Positions 29,600 to 37,915 of a stretch of DNA of 64,000 nucleotides are shown here, piece after piece. A program made the position numbers and the translations under genes. The stretch lies in the NCBI GenBank assembly GCA_963780225.1, contig CAWAAX010000009.1, positions 32,001-96,000 on the forward strand. Direction: 5' to 3'. This DNA comes from an uncultured bacterium. GTDB lineage: Bacteria > Edwardsbacteria > AC1 > EtOH8. The notes under the pieces were generated by a model. That model was not told where the DNA came from. It searched no databases and was given only the letters and a program-made list of their open reading frames with translations. The stretch's first letter is position 1. Each line of letters opens with the position of its first letter.

Positions 29600-31296
29600 G
29601 CAACATCGGTTCCTACGAGGATCGCTACAAGAGTTTCGACTGGAAACTTTCGGAGCAGGAGCTGGAGTACGGGAAGAACGGGCAGTACAACATCGGTTAT
29701 TACTGCAGCGACCGGATCTGCGAAAAGGGCCTGGGCTCCAAGCCGGCCCTGATCTGGGAAGGCTTCACCGGCGAGGTCAAGAAATACACCTACGACGACA
29801 TCCGGGCCTACAGCAACACCACCGCCAAATTCCTCCAGGACCAGGGGGTCAAGCCGGGCGACCGGGTCTGCCTGTTCATGGACAAGATCCCCGAGCTGTA
29901 CATCTGCTTCCTGGGCATCTTAAAGATGGGGGCCATCGCCCAGCCGCTGTTCTCGGCCTTCGGCGAGGAATCGCTGATCACCAGGCTGGACGACGCCAAG
30001 ACCAAGGCGGTGCTGACCACCCGAAAACATGCGGGCAAGGTCCGCCGGATCCGCAAGGACCTGCCGGAGCTGGCCACCATCATCATCGTGGACGCCGACG
30101 ACAAGCCGCTGAACGCCGGGGAGGCCGCCTTTGCCATGGAAAAACTGCCCCGGGTGGAAAAGTTCGACATCGTAAAAGTTGAGCCCGAGACCGCCTCGGT
30201 GCTGCACTACACCTCGGGAACCACCGGAAAGCCCAAGGGGGCCCAGCACGTCCACAATTCCCTGGTGGCCCAGTACATCACCGCCAAGTGGGTGCTGGAC
30301 CTGAAGCCGGATGACATCTACTGGTGCACCGCCGATCCGGGCTGGGTCACCGGCACCTCCTACGGCATCATCGGGCCCTGGGCCAACGGGGTCACCCAGG
30401 TGGTGCTGGACGCCGGCTTCAGCGCCCAGAACTGGTACGCCTTCATCGAGCGGATGAAGGTCACCATGTGGTACTCGGCCCCCACCGCCATCCGGATGCT
30501 GATGAAGGAAGGGGTGGAGGCGGTCAAGAAGCACAACCTCTCCAGCCTCCGCCACCTTTGCAGCGTGGGCGAGCCGCTGAACGCCGAGGCCGTGATCTGG
30601 TCGGAGAAGGCCTTCGGCCAGCCGTTCTACGACACCTTCTGGCAGACCGAGACCGGGGCCATGATGATCTGCAACTACCCCGGGATGAAGGTCAAGCCCG
30701 GATCCATGGGCAAGCCCTTCCCCGGCATCACCGCCACCGTGGTCAACCCCAAGACCTTCGAGCCGGTGAACCATCCCGGCACCGTGGGGCTGATCGCCTT
30801 CAAGCCCGGCTGGCCCTCCATGATGCGGGCCTACTGGAACAACAAGGAGACCTACGACGGCAAGTTCAAGAACGGCTGGTACCTTTCGGGCGACCGCTCC
30901 AGCATCGACGCCGACGGCTACTACTGGTTCGTGGGCCGGGATGACGATGTCATCAACACCGCCGGCCACCTGGTGGGCCCGTTCGAGATCGAGTCGGCAT
31001 TGCTGGAACACCCGGCGGTGGCCGAGTCGGCCGCGGTGGGCAAGCCCGACCCCCTGAACATGGAGGTGGTCAAGGCCTTCATCGCCCTCAAGCCGGGCTT
31101 TGAGCCTTCCAGCGACCTGGAGATGGACATCATGAACTTCATCCGCAAGAAGCTGTCGCCGCTGGCCATGCCCCAGGAGATAGAGTTCATGGCCTCGATG
31201 CCCAAGACCCGGAGCGGAAAGATCATGCGCCGGATGCTAAGGGCCAAGGAGTGGGGCGAGGAGATCGGAGATATCTCGACCCTTGAAAATGATTAA
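29596..31296 (+). CDS. AMP-forming acetate--CoA ligase-like adenylation enzyme (compact AcsA type)
   Basis: YTSGTTGKPKG, WCTADPGWVTG, SVGEPLN, DTFWQTETG, GRDDDVI, PKTRSGKIMRR. Confidence 0.88.
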   Translation: MSNIGSYEDRYKSFDWKLSEQELEYGKNGQYNIGYYCSDRICEKGLGSKPALIWEGFTGEVKKYTYDDIRAYSNTTAKFLQDQGVKPGDRVCLFMDKIPELYICFLGILKMGAIAQPLFSAFGEESLITRLDDAKTKAVLTTRKHAGKVRRIRKDLPELATIIIVDADDKPLNAGEAAFAMEKLPRVEKFDIVKVEPETASVLHYTSGTTGKPKGAQHVHNSLVAQYITAKWVLDLKPDDIYWCTADPGWVTGTSYGIIGPWANGVTQVVLDAGFSAQNWYAFIERMKVTMWYSAPTAIRMLMKEGVEAVKKHNLSSLRHLCSVGEPLNAEAVIWSEKAFGQPFYDTFWQTETGAMMICNYPGMKVKPGSMGKPFPGITATVVNPKTFEPVNHPGTVGLIAFKPGWPSMMRAYWNNKETYDGKFKNGWYLSGDRSSIDADGYYWFVGRDDDVINTAGHLVGPFEIESALLEHPAVAESAAVGKPDPLNMEVVKAFIALKPGFEPSSDLEMDIMNFIRKKLSPLAMPQEIEFMASMPKTRSGKIMRRMLRAKEWGEEIGDISTLEND

Positions 31297-31310
31297 TCAT
31301 TTTCAAGGGA

Positions 31311-31442
31311 AATCCGAAAACCGAATATCTAAATCCTAAACAAATTCGAAATACGAATAACACCAAACTCAAAACAGCTTTGAGAATTTAGAATTAGATA
31401 TTTGGTCATTGTTTAGGATTTAGAGTTTAGGATTTGAAATTT
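31311..31442. repeat. Heptamer-period palindromic element
   Basis: atctaa atcctaa acaa ... ttgt ttaggat ttagagt ttaggat ttgaaat. Confidence 0.8.
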
Positions 31443-31719
31443 GCGACACTTGCATAAATAGAAATTTTAACAAAAGCATAAAGTTAAGGACTAAATCAAA
31501 AAAATGATCGAAATACGAAAGAAACTAAGTCAAAAACAGTTTGGAGACTTTAGGATTTGCTATAGGGTGATTGTGGTGGATTGATCCTTGAGTTAGTTAT
31601 AGTTGGTGGGCAAACGGGAAGGGTATGATAAAAATAGCCGATTCGGCAGATACATGGTCAATAGAACTTGTGTCCATAACACTTAATTAAAAGTAGCAAA
31701 TAACACTAAGGAGACTACA

Positions 31720-31977
31720 ATGTCCGACGAAATCAAGAAAATGATCATCGAATACGTCAAAAAAGAGTACCTGGACGAGGATTCAGACACGGAGATCAAG
31801 GAAGACACCAAGCTGATCTCCAGCGGGATCGTGGACTCGTTCTCCATGGTCTCGTTGAAGACCTACCTGGAGAAGAAATTCAGCATCAAGCTGCCGGACG
31901 AGGACGCCACCCCCGAGGCTTTTGACTCGGTCAACAACATCATCGAGCTGATCAGGAAATTCGGAGCCAAGGTCTAA
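31720..31977 (+). CDS. Stand-alone acyl/aminoacyl carrier protein
   Basis: 85 aa, acidic, LISSGIVDSF phosphopantetheine site, AAGGAG RBS. Confidence 0.9.
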   Translation: MSDEIKKMIIEYVKKEYLDEDSDTEIKEDTKLISSGIVDSFSMVSLKTYLEKKFSIKLPDEDATPEAFDSVNNIIELIRKFGAKV

Positions 31978-31980
31978 AGC

Positions 31981-32101
31981 GAAGCACTAATCACTAATTA
32001 CGAAATCCTAAACAAATCCAAAATCCCAATTTCAGATCTTTAGCATTTGAGATTCGATATTCGGACATTGTTTAGAGTTTAGGGTTTAGAATTTAGAACT
32101 T
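31981..32101. repeat. Heptamer-period palindromic element
   Basis: gcactaa tcactaa ttacgaa atcctaa acaa ... ttgt ttagagt ttagggt ttagaat ttagaac. Confidence 0.8.
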
Positions 32102-32113
32102 AACGGAGGAAGT

Positions 32114-33361
32114 ATGGCCTACAGTTCCAAAGCCAGGGATTTCTATTCCGGAGAGCTCCAGGGAATGAAGGACAAGGGGATCTTCAAGGAAGAACGATAC
32201 ATCCAGTCGCCCCAGGCCGCCAGCATCAAGGTGGAATACCCCAAGGGGGCCGAGCCCAAGCAGGTGCTGAACTTCTGCGCCAACAATTATCTGGGACTAT
32301 CCAGCCACCCCGACGTGGTCAAGGCGGCCCACGAGGCCCTGGATTCGCGGGGCTACGGGCTGTCCTCGGTCCGCTTCATCTGCGGCACCCAGGACATCCA
32401 CAACGAGCTGGAGATCAAGATGAGCGAGTTTCTGGGCATGGAGGGCACCTGCCTGTTCCCCTCCTGCATGGAAGCCAACGCCGGGCTGTTCGACGTGGTG
32501 CTGACCCCGGAGGACGCCATGATCTCGGACCGGCTGGTCCACGCCTCCATCGTCGACGGCCTCAAGCTGTGCAAGGCCCAGATGTTCAACTACAAGCACA
32601 ACAGCATGTCCCACCTGGAGGAGAAACTGCAGGAGGCCCAGAGCTGCCGCCTGCGGATGATCATCACCGACGGGGTGTTCTCCATGGACGGCGACATCGC
32701 TCCGTTGGACAAGATCTGCGACCTGGCCGACAAGTATGACGCCATGGTGATGGTGGACGATTCCCACGCCACCGGGTTCATCGGCAAGACCGGCCGGGGC
32801 ACCCACGAGTACCACAACGTGATGAAGCGGGTGGACATCATCACCACCACCTTCGGCAAGGGCCTGGGCGGCGCCACCGGCGGCTCGGTCTCCGGACCCA
32901 AGGAGATCGCCGAGATGTGCCGGCAGAGGGCCCGTCCCTACCTGTTCTCCAACACCATGCCCCCGGCGGTGGTGGCCGGATCGCTAAAGGTGCTGGAGAT
33001 CCTCTCCAAATCCACCGACCGCAGGGACAAGCTGGAGAAGAACACCATCTACTGGAGGGCGGGCCTGACCAAGGCCGGGTTCGACCTGAAGCAGGGCGAC
33101 ACCCCCATCGTCCCGGTGATGCTGTACAACGCCAAGCTGGCCCAGGACATCGCCCGCGACCTGTACCACGAGGGGATCTACGTGACGGGCTTCTTCTTCC
33201 CGGTGGTGGCCCAGGGCCAGGCCCGGATAAGGACCCAGATCTCGGCTGGCCACGAGATGGAGCATCTGGACAAGGCCCTGGCGGCGTTTACCAAGATCGG
33301 CCAGAAGTACGGGATACTGGGGCTGAAGAAGGACGAGATCATAGCCAAGTACGGGCTGTAG
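32114..33361 (+). CDS. kbl: Glycine C-acetyltransferase-like alpha-oxoamine synthase (copy 1, next to ACP)
   Basis: FCANNYLGLS, SVRFICGT, TDGVFSMDG, DDSHATG, TFGK, RQRARPYLFSN. Confidence 0.85.
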   Translation: MAYSSKARDFYSGELQGMKDKGIFKEERYIQSPQAASIKVEYPKGAEPKQVLNFCANNYLGLSSHPDVVKAAHEALDSRGYGLSSVRFICGTQDIHNELEIKMSEFLGMEGTCLFPSCMEANAGLFDVVLTPEDAMISDRLVHASIVDGLKLCKAQMFNYKHNSMSHLEEKLQEAQSCRLRMIITDGVFSMDGDIAPLDKICDLADKYDAMVMVDDSHATGFIGKTGRGTHEYHNVMKRVDIITTTFGKGLGGATGGSVSGPKEIAEMCRQRARPYLFSNTMPPAVVAGSLKVLEILSKSTDRRDKLEKNTIYWRAGLTKAGFDLKQGDTPIVPVMLYNAKLAQDIARDLYHEGIYVTGFFFPVVAQGQARIRTQISAGHEMEHLDKALAAFTKIGQKYGILGLKKDEIIAKYGL

Positions 33362-33370
33362 GGGCACGCT

Positions 33371-33800
33371 ATCCGCAGATTGCGCAGATTTACGCAGATT
33401 AAGTGTCATAATATCTAAGGGTACCAAGGTGCTTTCTTTTACATCTACCTGCGGTGGCCCGAGTCTCCCCTAAAAAGGGGAGAGCGAGAGGGGTGTCTTG
33501 CCCCTAATAAGGGGTGAGACAGAACCAACCATGAGGTAGGCCGACCCAAGCTGGCCTTGATGAATACCAGCGATAGCCTTCAGGCTATCGCAAATAAAAA
33601 AGGTTTTTAATCCGCATTATTTTGCGATACCATAAATGATATCGCTGGAAAACATCAAGGGTCATAAATGACCCTCCATTGGGTCATTCCTGCGAAGGCA
33701 GGAATCCAGAAAGCCGTAATTTAGAGAGTTAATCCGCCGAAGCTGCCTAGGCCTATGCGTAGGAGGACTTGTCCGTCGTAGCTTAATGCGTAGGCGGATA
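33371..33800. repeat. Cluster of several different palindromic/REP-like elements
   Basis: cgcagatt x3; cccctaaaaagggg and cccctaataagggg; nested palindrome 33555-33660; gtcattcctgcgaaggcaggaatccag; ccgccgaagct/ccgtcgtagct...gcgtaggcgga. Confidence 0.75.
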
Positions 33801-33847
33801 ACTATGCGGCGGGAAGGGATTTAACTCCCGTCCCGCCGTTTGTGCTT
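33796..33847 (+). repeat. 52-bp hairpin-forming direct repeat, copy 1
   Basis: ggataactatgcggcgggaagggatttaactcccgtcccgccgtttgtgctt; 3 mismatches to copy 2. Confidence 0.9.
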
Positions 33848-33924
33848 ATTGTTTGTGTGGTCATCTAAAATATCAAACTATACTTGACAATTATTTATAA
33901 TAATGTTAGAATATACCTTACAAT

Positions 33925-35217
33925 ATGGATAAGAACCGCTGCATAAAAACCATTGATTTCTGGCTGAAAACCGCCTCGGCCGGCCGGCTGCATCCCCGGG
34001 ACCTGGCCCCGGAGGTTGATCTGAAAAGCAAGGAAATCGTGGACATTGTGGGACCGCGCCGCTGCGGGAAGTCGGCCCTGCTGCGGCTGCTGGTGCAGCG
34101 GCTGGGGCTGAAGGAAAATTATTTATTCGTCAATTTCGAGGACCCTTTTTTCATAGAGCATAACAGCGCTCAGGCCATAGAGAATTTAATCGAGGTTTAC
34201 CTGGAGCATTTCAGCCCCCGGCTTAAGTATTTGTTTTTTGACGAAATCCAAAACATCCAAAACTGGGAAAAGGCGGTCCGCAAGCTCAGGGACGGGGGCA
34301 AATACAAGATCTTTGTCACCGGGTCGTCGTCTTCGCTGCTCAGCCGCGAACTGTCGTCCCTTTTGACCGGACGGCATATCAGCTACCGGCTGCTGCCCCT
34401 TTCCTTTCCCGAGTTTTTGGCCTTCAAGGGCCGGGCGATTCTTAATGCCAGGGATTTTGCAGTGGGCCAGGCCGCCATATCACGGCTTTTGGGGGAATAC
34501 CTTAAGCTGGGCGGGTTTCCCGAGGCGGTCCTGACAGGCAACGTCGCCCTGTTAAAGCAGTATTTTTATGATATGATCAACCGCGACATCATAGGCCAGC
34601 ACGACATCCGCCACCGGGCGGCCATAGAGCGGATGGGGGTCTATCTGCTCAGCAATTCAGGCAGCCTGCTTTCGCTTTCTTCCCTCAAGCAGGTGCTGGG
34701 CCTCTCTTACGAAGTGACCTCGGCCTATCTGGATTATTTTATGGACGCTTTTCTGGTCTTTGAACTGCCGCAATTTTCCTATTCCCTGAAGACCCAATCC
34801 AAGGCCCTTAAGAAAATATACTCCGCGGATCCCGGACTGGCCGGAGCGGTCTCATTTAAATTCTCCGAAAACCGGGGCCGGGCGCTGGAGAACGCCGTAT
34901 ATCTGGACCTGATCCGCCACGGCGATCAGGCGTATTATTACAAGACTAAAAACAATCACGAGGTGGATTTTTACCTTAAGCCCGTCCAAAAAAGCCAGGC
35001 CCGGCTGATACAGGTCCGCGAAACATTGGAAGATCCCAAGACCAAAAACCGGGAACTGAGGGCTTTGGAGGAGGCCATGCGCGAGACAGGTCTGCGGCGC
35101 GGCCTGGTGCTGACCGGGGATGAAACCGGAACGCACAAAACCAAGGACGGGGTAATAAAAATAATGCCGGTTTACCGGTGGTTATTAAGGGGTGTCGTGC
35201 CCGACTACGAAGGATAA
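33925..35217 (+). CDS. AAA_14/DUF4143-type ATP-binding protein
   Basis: GPRRCGKS, FFDEIQ, VTGSSS, GGFPE, KKIYSADPGL, LENAV, EVDF; own TTGACA-17-TAGAAT promoter at 33884-33912. Confidence 0.88.
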   Translation: MDKNRCIKTIDFWLKTASAGRLHPRDLAPEVDLKSKEIVDIVGPRRCGKSALLRLLVQRLGLKENYLFVNFEDPFFIEHNSAQAIENLIEVYLEHFSPRLKYLFFDEIQNIQNWEKAVRKLRDGGKYKIFVTGSSSSLLSRELSSLLTGRHISYRLLPLSFPEFLAFKGRAILNARDFAVGQAAISRLLGEYLKLGGFPEAVLTGNVALLKQYFYDMINRDIIGQHDIRHRAAIERMGVYLLSNSGSLLSLSSLKQVLGLSYEVTSAYLDYFMDAFLVFELPQFSYSLKTQSKALKKIYSADPGLAGAVSFKFSENRGRALENAVYLDLIRHGDQAYYYKTKNNHEVDFYLKPVQKSQARLIQVRETLEDPKTKNRELRALEEAMRETGLRRGLVLTGDETGTHKTKDGVIKIMPVYRWLLRGVVPDYEG

Positions 35218-35263
35218 CTATGCGGCGGGAAGGGATTCAACTCCCGTCCCGTCGCTTGTGCTT
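35212..35263 (+). repeat. 52-bp direct repeat, copy 2 (contains the ATPase stop codon)
   Basis: ggataactatgcggcgggaagggattcaactcccgtcccgtcgcttgtgctt. Confidence 0.9.
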
Positions 35264-35295
35264 GTAAACTATAATCTGGCTTTTTAAGGATAAAT

Positions 35296-36087
35296 ATGGA
35301 ATCATTGAGTTTTGATAATTTAACAGAATATTATGACAAAACCCGAGATTATGACATTGCATCTTTTAATGAAGCAATAAATTATATTGCCAACAGATAT
35401 CCAAGTTCTAAATATCCTTCATTATTTGAACCGGGCATTGGATCCGGAAGAATTGCCATTCCTTTAGCTGAAAAAGGCTATAAGATCACTGGGATAGACA
35501 TATCAAATAAAATGATCGAAATTCTAAAGAAAAAAATATCAAAACAAAATAGTTTAGACATAAAATATCAGGTAGCCGATACCACGGACATACCCTTTCC
35601 GTCTAATTCTTTTAATATATCAGTAATAGTCCATTTGTTCTATTTTATAAAACATTGGGAAAAAGCAGTGGATGAGATCGTCCGGGTTGTAAAGGGCCCA
35701 ATTATTATTTTACATACCGGCATGGGACAGGAAATACCTTTCTTAAACCAGAAGTACAAGGATATTTGCAGGGATCTGAACAGTCCCATTATTAACTTGG
35801 GCGTTAACAGTACAAATGAAGTACTTGATTATCTTAAACGCTCAAATTGTGATATTGAGACTGTCGAGAATGATTGGAAGTGGACAAGTAAAGTAAATTT
35901 ATTTAAAGCTTATGAATATATCAAGAACAGGGCATATTCTTTTACTCACTTAGTTCCTGAAGGAACACATAATAAGGCAGTAAATATTTTACTGGAGTAT
36001 CTTGAAAGTAGTTATGCTGAAATAAATAACGACGAGATTGAAGTCGATAATTGCATAAACCTAACCGTTGTAACAAAAAGCAAGTAG
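35296..36087 (+). CDS. Class I SAM-dependent methyltransferase (AT-rich)
   Basis: EPGIGSGRIA, GIDIS, ADTTDIPF motifs. Confidence 0.85.
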   Translation: MESLSFDNLTEYYDKTRDYDIASFNEAINYIANRYPSSKYPSLFEPGIGSGRIAIPLAEKGYKITGIDISNKMIEILKKKISKQNSLDIKYQVADTTDIPFPSNSFNISVIVHLFYFIKHWEKAVDEIVRVVKGPIIILHTGMGQEIPFLNQKYKDICRDLNSPIINLGVNSTNEVLDYLKRSNCDIETVENDWKWTSKVNLFKAYEYIKNRAYSFTHLVPEGTHNKAVNILLEYLESSYAEINNDEIEVDNCINLTVVTKSK

Positions 36088-36120
36088 TGTAGGCTGTTGC
36101 TCAAAGGATTGTACTGAAAG

Positions 36121-36639
36121 ATGATCAGTGAAAGAATCAAGTTATTGCCTTTATCAGAGCAGGATCTAGAGGCTCTCTTAAAAGGCAATAACAACGTCTG
36201 TGACTATAAGACAGCTGCTCTTGCTATTTCCGAGCCGTTAAGAAAAGCAATTAATATAAAGCTTGGAATGATGAAAAGTGCTGCTGATGAAGATAAACTA
36301 TGGCTTACTTACTGGCTAATAATAAAGAATGATAATTCGGAAGCGATCGGGACGATCGGGTTTAAGGGGATAGATAAAAAAGAAAAATCAGCTGAGATAG
36401 GTTATGGAATATCGGGAGAATTCGAGGGAAAGGGGTACGCCACTGAAGCGCTAAGCTTGATGGTTGCCTGGGCTGGGAATACAAAGAAAATAGAAAAGAT
36501 CACAGCAATTGATGTATTGGCTAGCAATATTGGATCGCAAAAAGTATTGGAGAAAAACGGTTTTTATAGGACCAAAGTCAATGTCGACACAATTGATTAT
36601 GAAATCAACTTAAAAAATCTAGATAGTCTCAATAGGTGA
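36121..36639 (+). CDS. GNAT N-acetyltransferase, RimJ/RimL type (AT-rich)
   Basis: IGTIGFKG, AEIGYGI, GKGYATEA, NIGSQKVLEKNGF. Confidence 0.88.
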   Translation: MISERIKLLPLSEQDLEALLKGNNNVCDYKTAALAISEPLRKAINIKLGMMKSAADEDKLWLTYWLIIKNDNSEAIGTIGFKGIDKKEKSAEIGYGISGEFEGKGYATEALSLMVAWAGNTKKIEKITAIDVLASNIGSQKVLEKNGFYRTKVNVDTIDYEINLKNLDSLNR

Positions 36640-36667
36640 ATGTTTGAAGTCCTGAGATTTAAACTTT

Positions 36668-36802
36668 GTTAACTTTTATCTTTCACATATAACACAAGGG
36701 GTAATCACCAACTCATCATGGCACTGCACATCAAGGTAAAGGAATTTTACCGCAACGAACTGGTGGAACTGAAGAACGCCGATCTTTTCAAGGAGGAGCG
36801 CT
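36668..36802 (+). repeat. ~135-bp duplicate of the leader and first ~28 codons of kbl copy 2
   Basis: Near-identical to 37866-38000 (offset 1198). Confidence 0.92.
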
Positions 36803-36912
36803 TTTCTTTTCTGGATACTCGTTGTATGCTAAAATATAGACTTTATTTTGCTTGACTATCAACTCTTATTTTATTATGATTACAGGAAGAGCATTAATAA
36901 AAAGGTGCGAAA

Positions 36913-37203
36913 ATGAATAAGAACCAAACATTGAATTTACTTAAAGGACATTTACCCGAACTTAAAGAATATGGCGTTTCGGCCATAGCCGTCTTTGGTT
37001 CCGTTGCCAGGGGCGAATCCAAGCCGGACAGCGATATTGATATTCTGGTTGATTTTAACCGGCCGGTGGGTTTGTTCCAATTTGCCCGGCTTAAGATGCA
37101 TCTGGAGTCATTATTGGGCAAACCGGTGGACTTGGTAACCACAACGGCGTTAAAGGAACAGCTGAAACCATCCATTTTGAAGGAAGCCGTTTATGCCTGG
37201 TAG
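36913..37203 (+). CDS. Minimal nucleotidyltransferase (MNT) antitoxin
   Basis: VFGSVARGE...SDIDILV, VDLV; promoter TTGACT-17-TATGAT at 36852-36880. Confidence 0.9.
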   Translation: MNKNQTLNLLKGHLPELKEYGVSAIAVFGSVARGESKPDSDIDILVDFNRPVGLFQFARLKMHLESLLGKPVDLVTTTALKEQLKPSILKEAVYAW

Positions 37204-37540
37204 AGACTGGCGTTTTCGGGTGGAAGATATTATCTCGGCCATCGAGAAAATCTGCGCATTTACTAAGGATGCTGATTTTGATGCCTTTGTTGCCAATCAG
37301 ATGGCAGTTGATGCGGTTATCCGTAACCTTGAAATCATAGGAGAAGCCGCCCGCCATATTCCGGCGGAAATTGAAGCAAAGCATCCGGAGATAGGCTGGC
37401 CGGAAATGCGGGCTATCCGTAATATACTCATCCATGAATATTTCGGTGTTGATGTGGCCATCATCTGGCACACCGTTCAAACTGACCTTCCGCCGCTGTT
37501 GCCTAAACTGCGTAATATTTTAGGAAACGAAAGTAAATAA
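37193..37540 (+). CDS. HEPN (DUF86/HepT-like) RNase toxin
   Basis: DAVIRNLEIIGEA, RNILIHEYFGV (Rx4H); overlaps the MNT gene. Confidence 0.9.
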   Translation: MPGRDWRFRVEDIISAIEKICAFTKDADFDAFVANQMAVDAVIRNLEIIGEAARHIPAEIEAKHPEIGWPEMRAIRNILIHEYFGVDVAIIWHTVQTDLPPLLPKLRNILGNESK

Positions 37541-37541
37541 A

Positions 37542-37712
37542 ATGAAGCAGGCAAGAAAAGCAAGTTTATTTGAAAGAATTGACCTCGGCATCCGCCGGGG
37601 GGTGGCCACGGCCCTGGCCGAACATAAAAAAGCCGGAAGGTCGATAGCCATATGCAAAAACGGAAAAATTATTGAGGTTGCTGCCAGGAATATAAGGGTA
37701 CCAAAGGTTTGA
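37542..37712 (+). CDS. Small basic hypothetical protein, 56 aa (not in ORF track)
   Basis: MKQARKASLFERIDLGIRRGVATALAEHKKAGRSIAICKNGKIIEVAARNIRVPKV; starts 1 nt after the HEPN stop and is followed by a terminator hairpin (aaagccgccttg...caaggcggctttt). Confidence 0.65.
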   Translation: MKQARKASLFERIDLGIRRGVATALAEHKKAGRSIAICKNGKIIEVAARNIRVPKV

Positions 37713-37915
37713 AACGTTAAAAAAAGCCGCCTTGTAGTCCAAGGCGGCTTTTCTGTAACAACGCCTTTGGTATTGCCAAAAGCTTGCAATGGGCGTATAA
37801 TAAATGCCATCTCAAAATCATGCGAGCCATGCAAATATTACCAAACTAAGCCAGGTCTTAACGCAGTTAACTTTTATCTTTCTAATATAACACAAGGGGT
37901 AATCACCAACACATC

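Noticed and set aside
16218..32101. Periodic AT-rich repeats as a CRISPR array
   Set aside because: The units are degenerate 7-mers in inverted arms; there is no constant repeat with unique spacers and no cas genes.
33805..33838. tRNA-derived att site
   Set aside because: It looks superficially like a T-arm, but the stem does not pair correctly and it does not match the tRNA-Val in the window.
33796..37760. Integron cassette array
   Set aside because: No intI; the 52-bp repeat lacks a convincing GTTRRRY end, no attC-like sites separate the MTase and GNAT genes, and the cargo genes have their own promoters.
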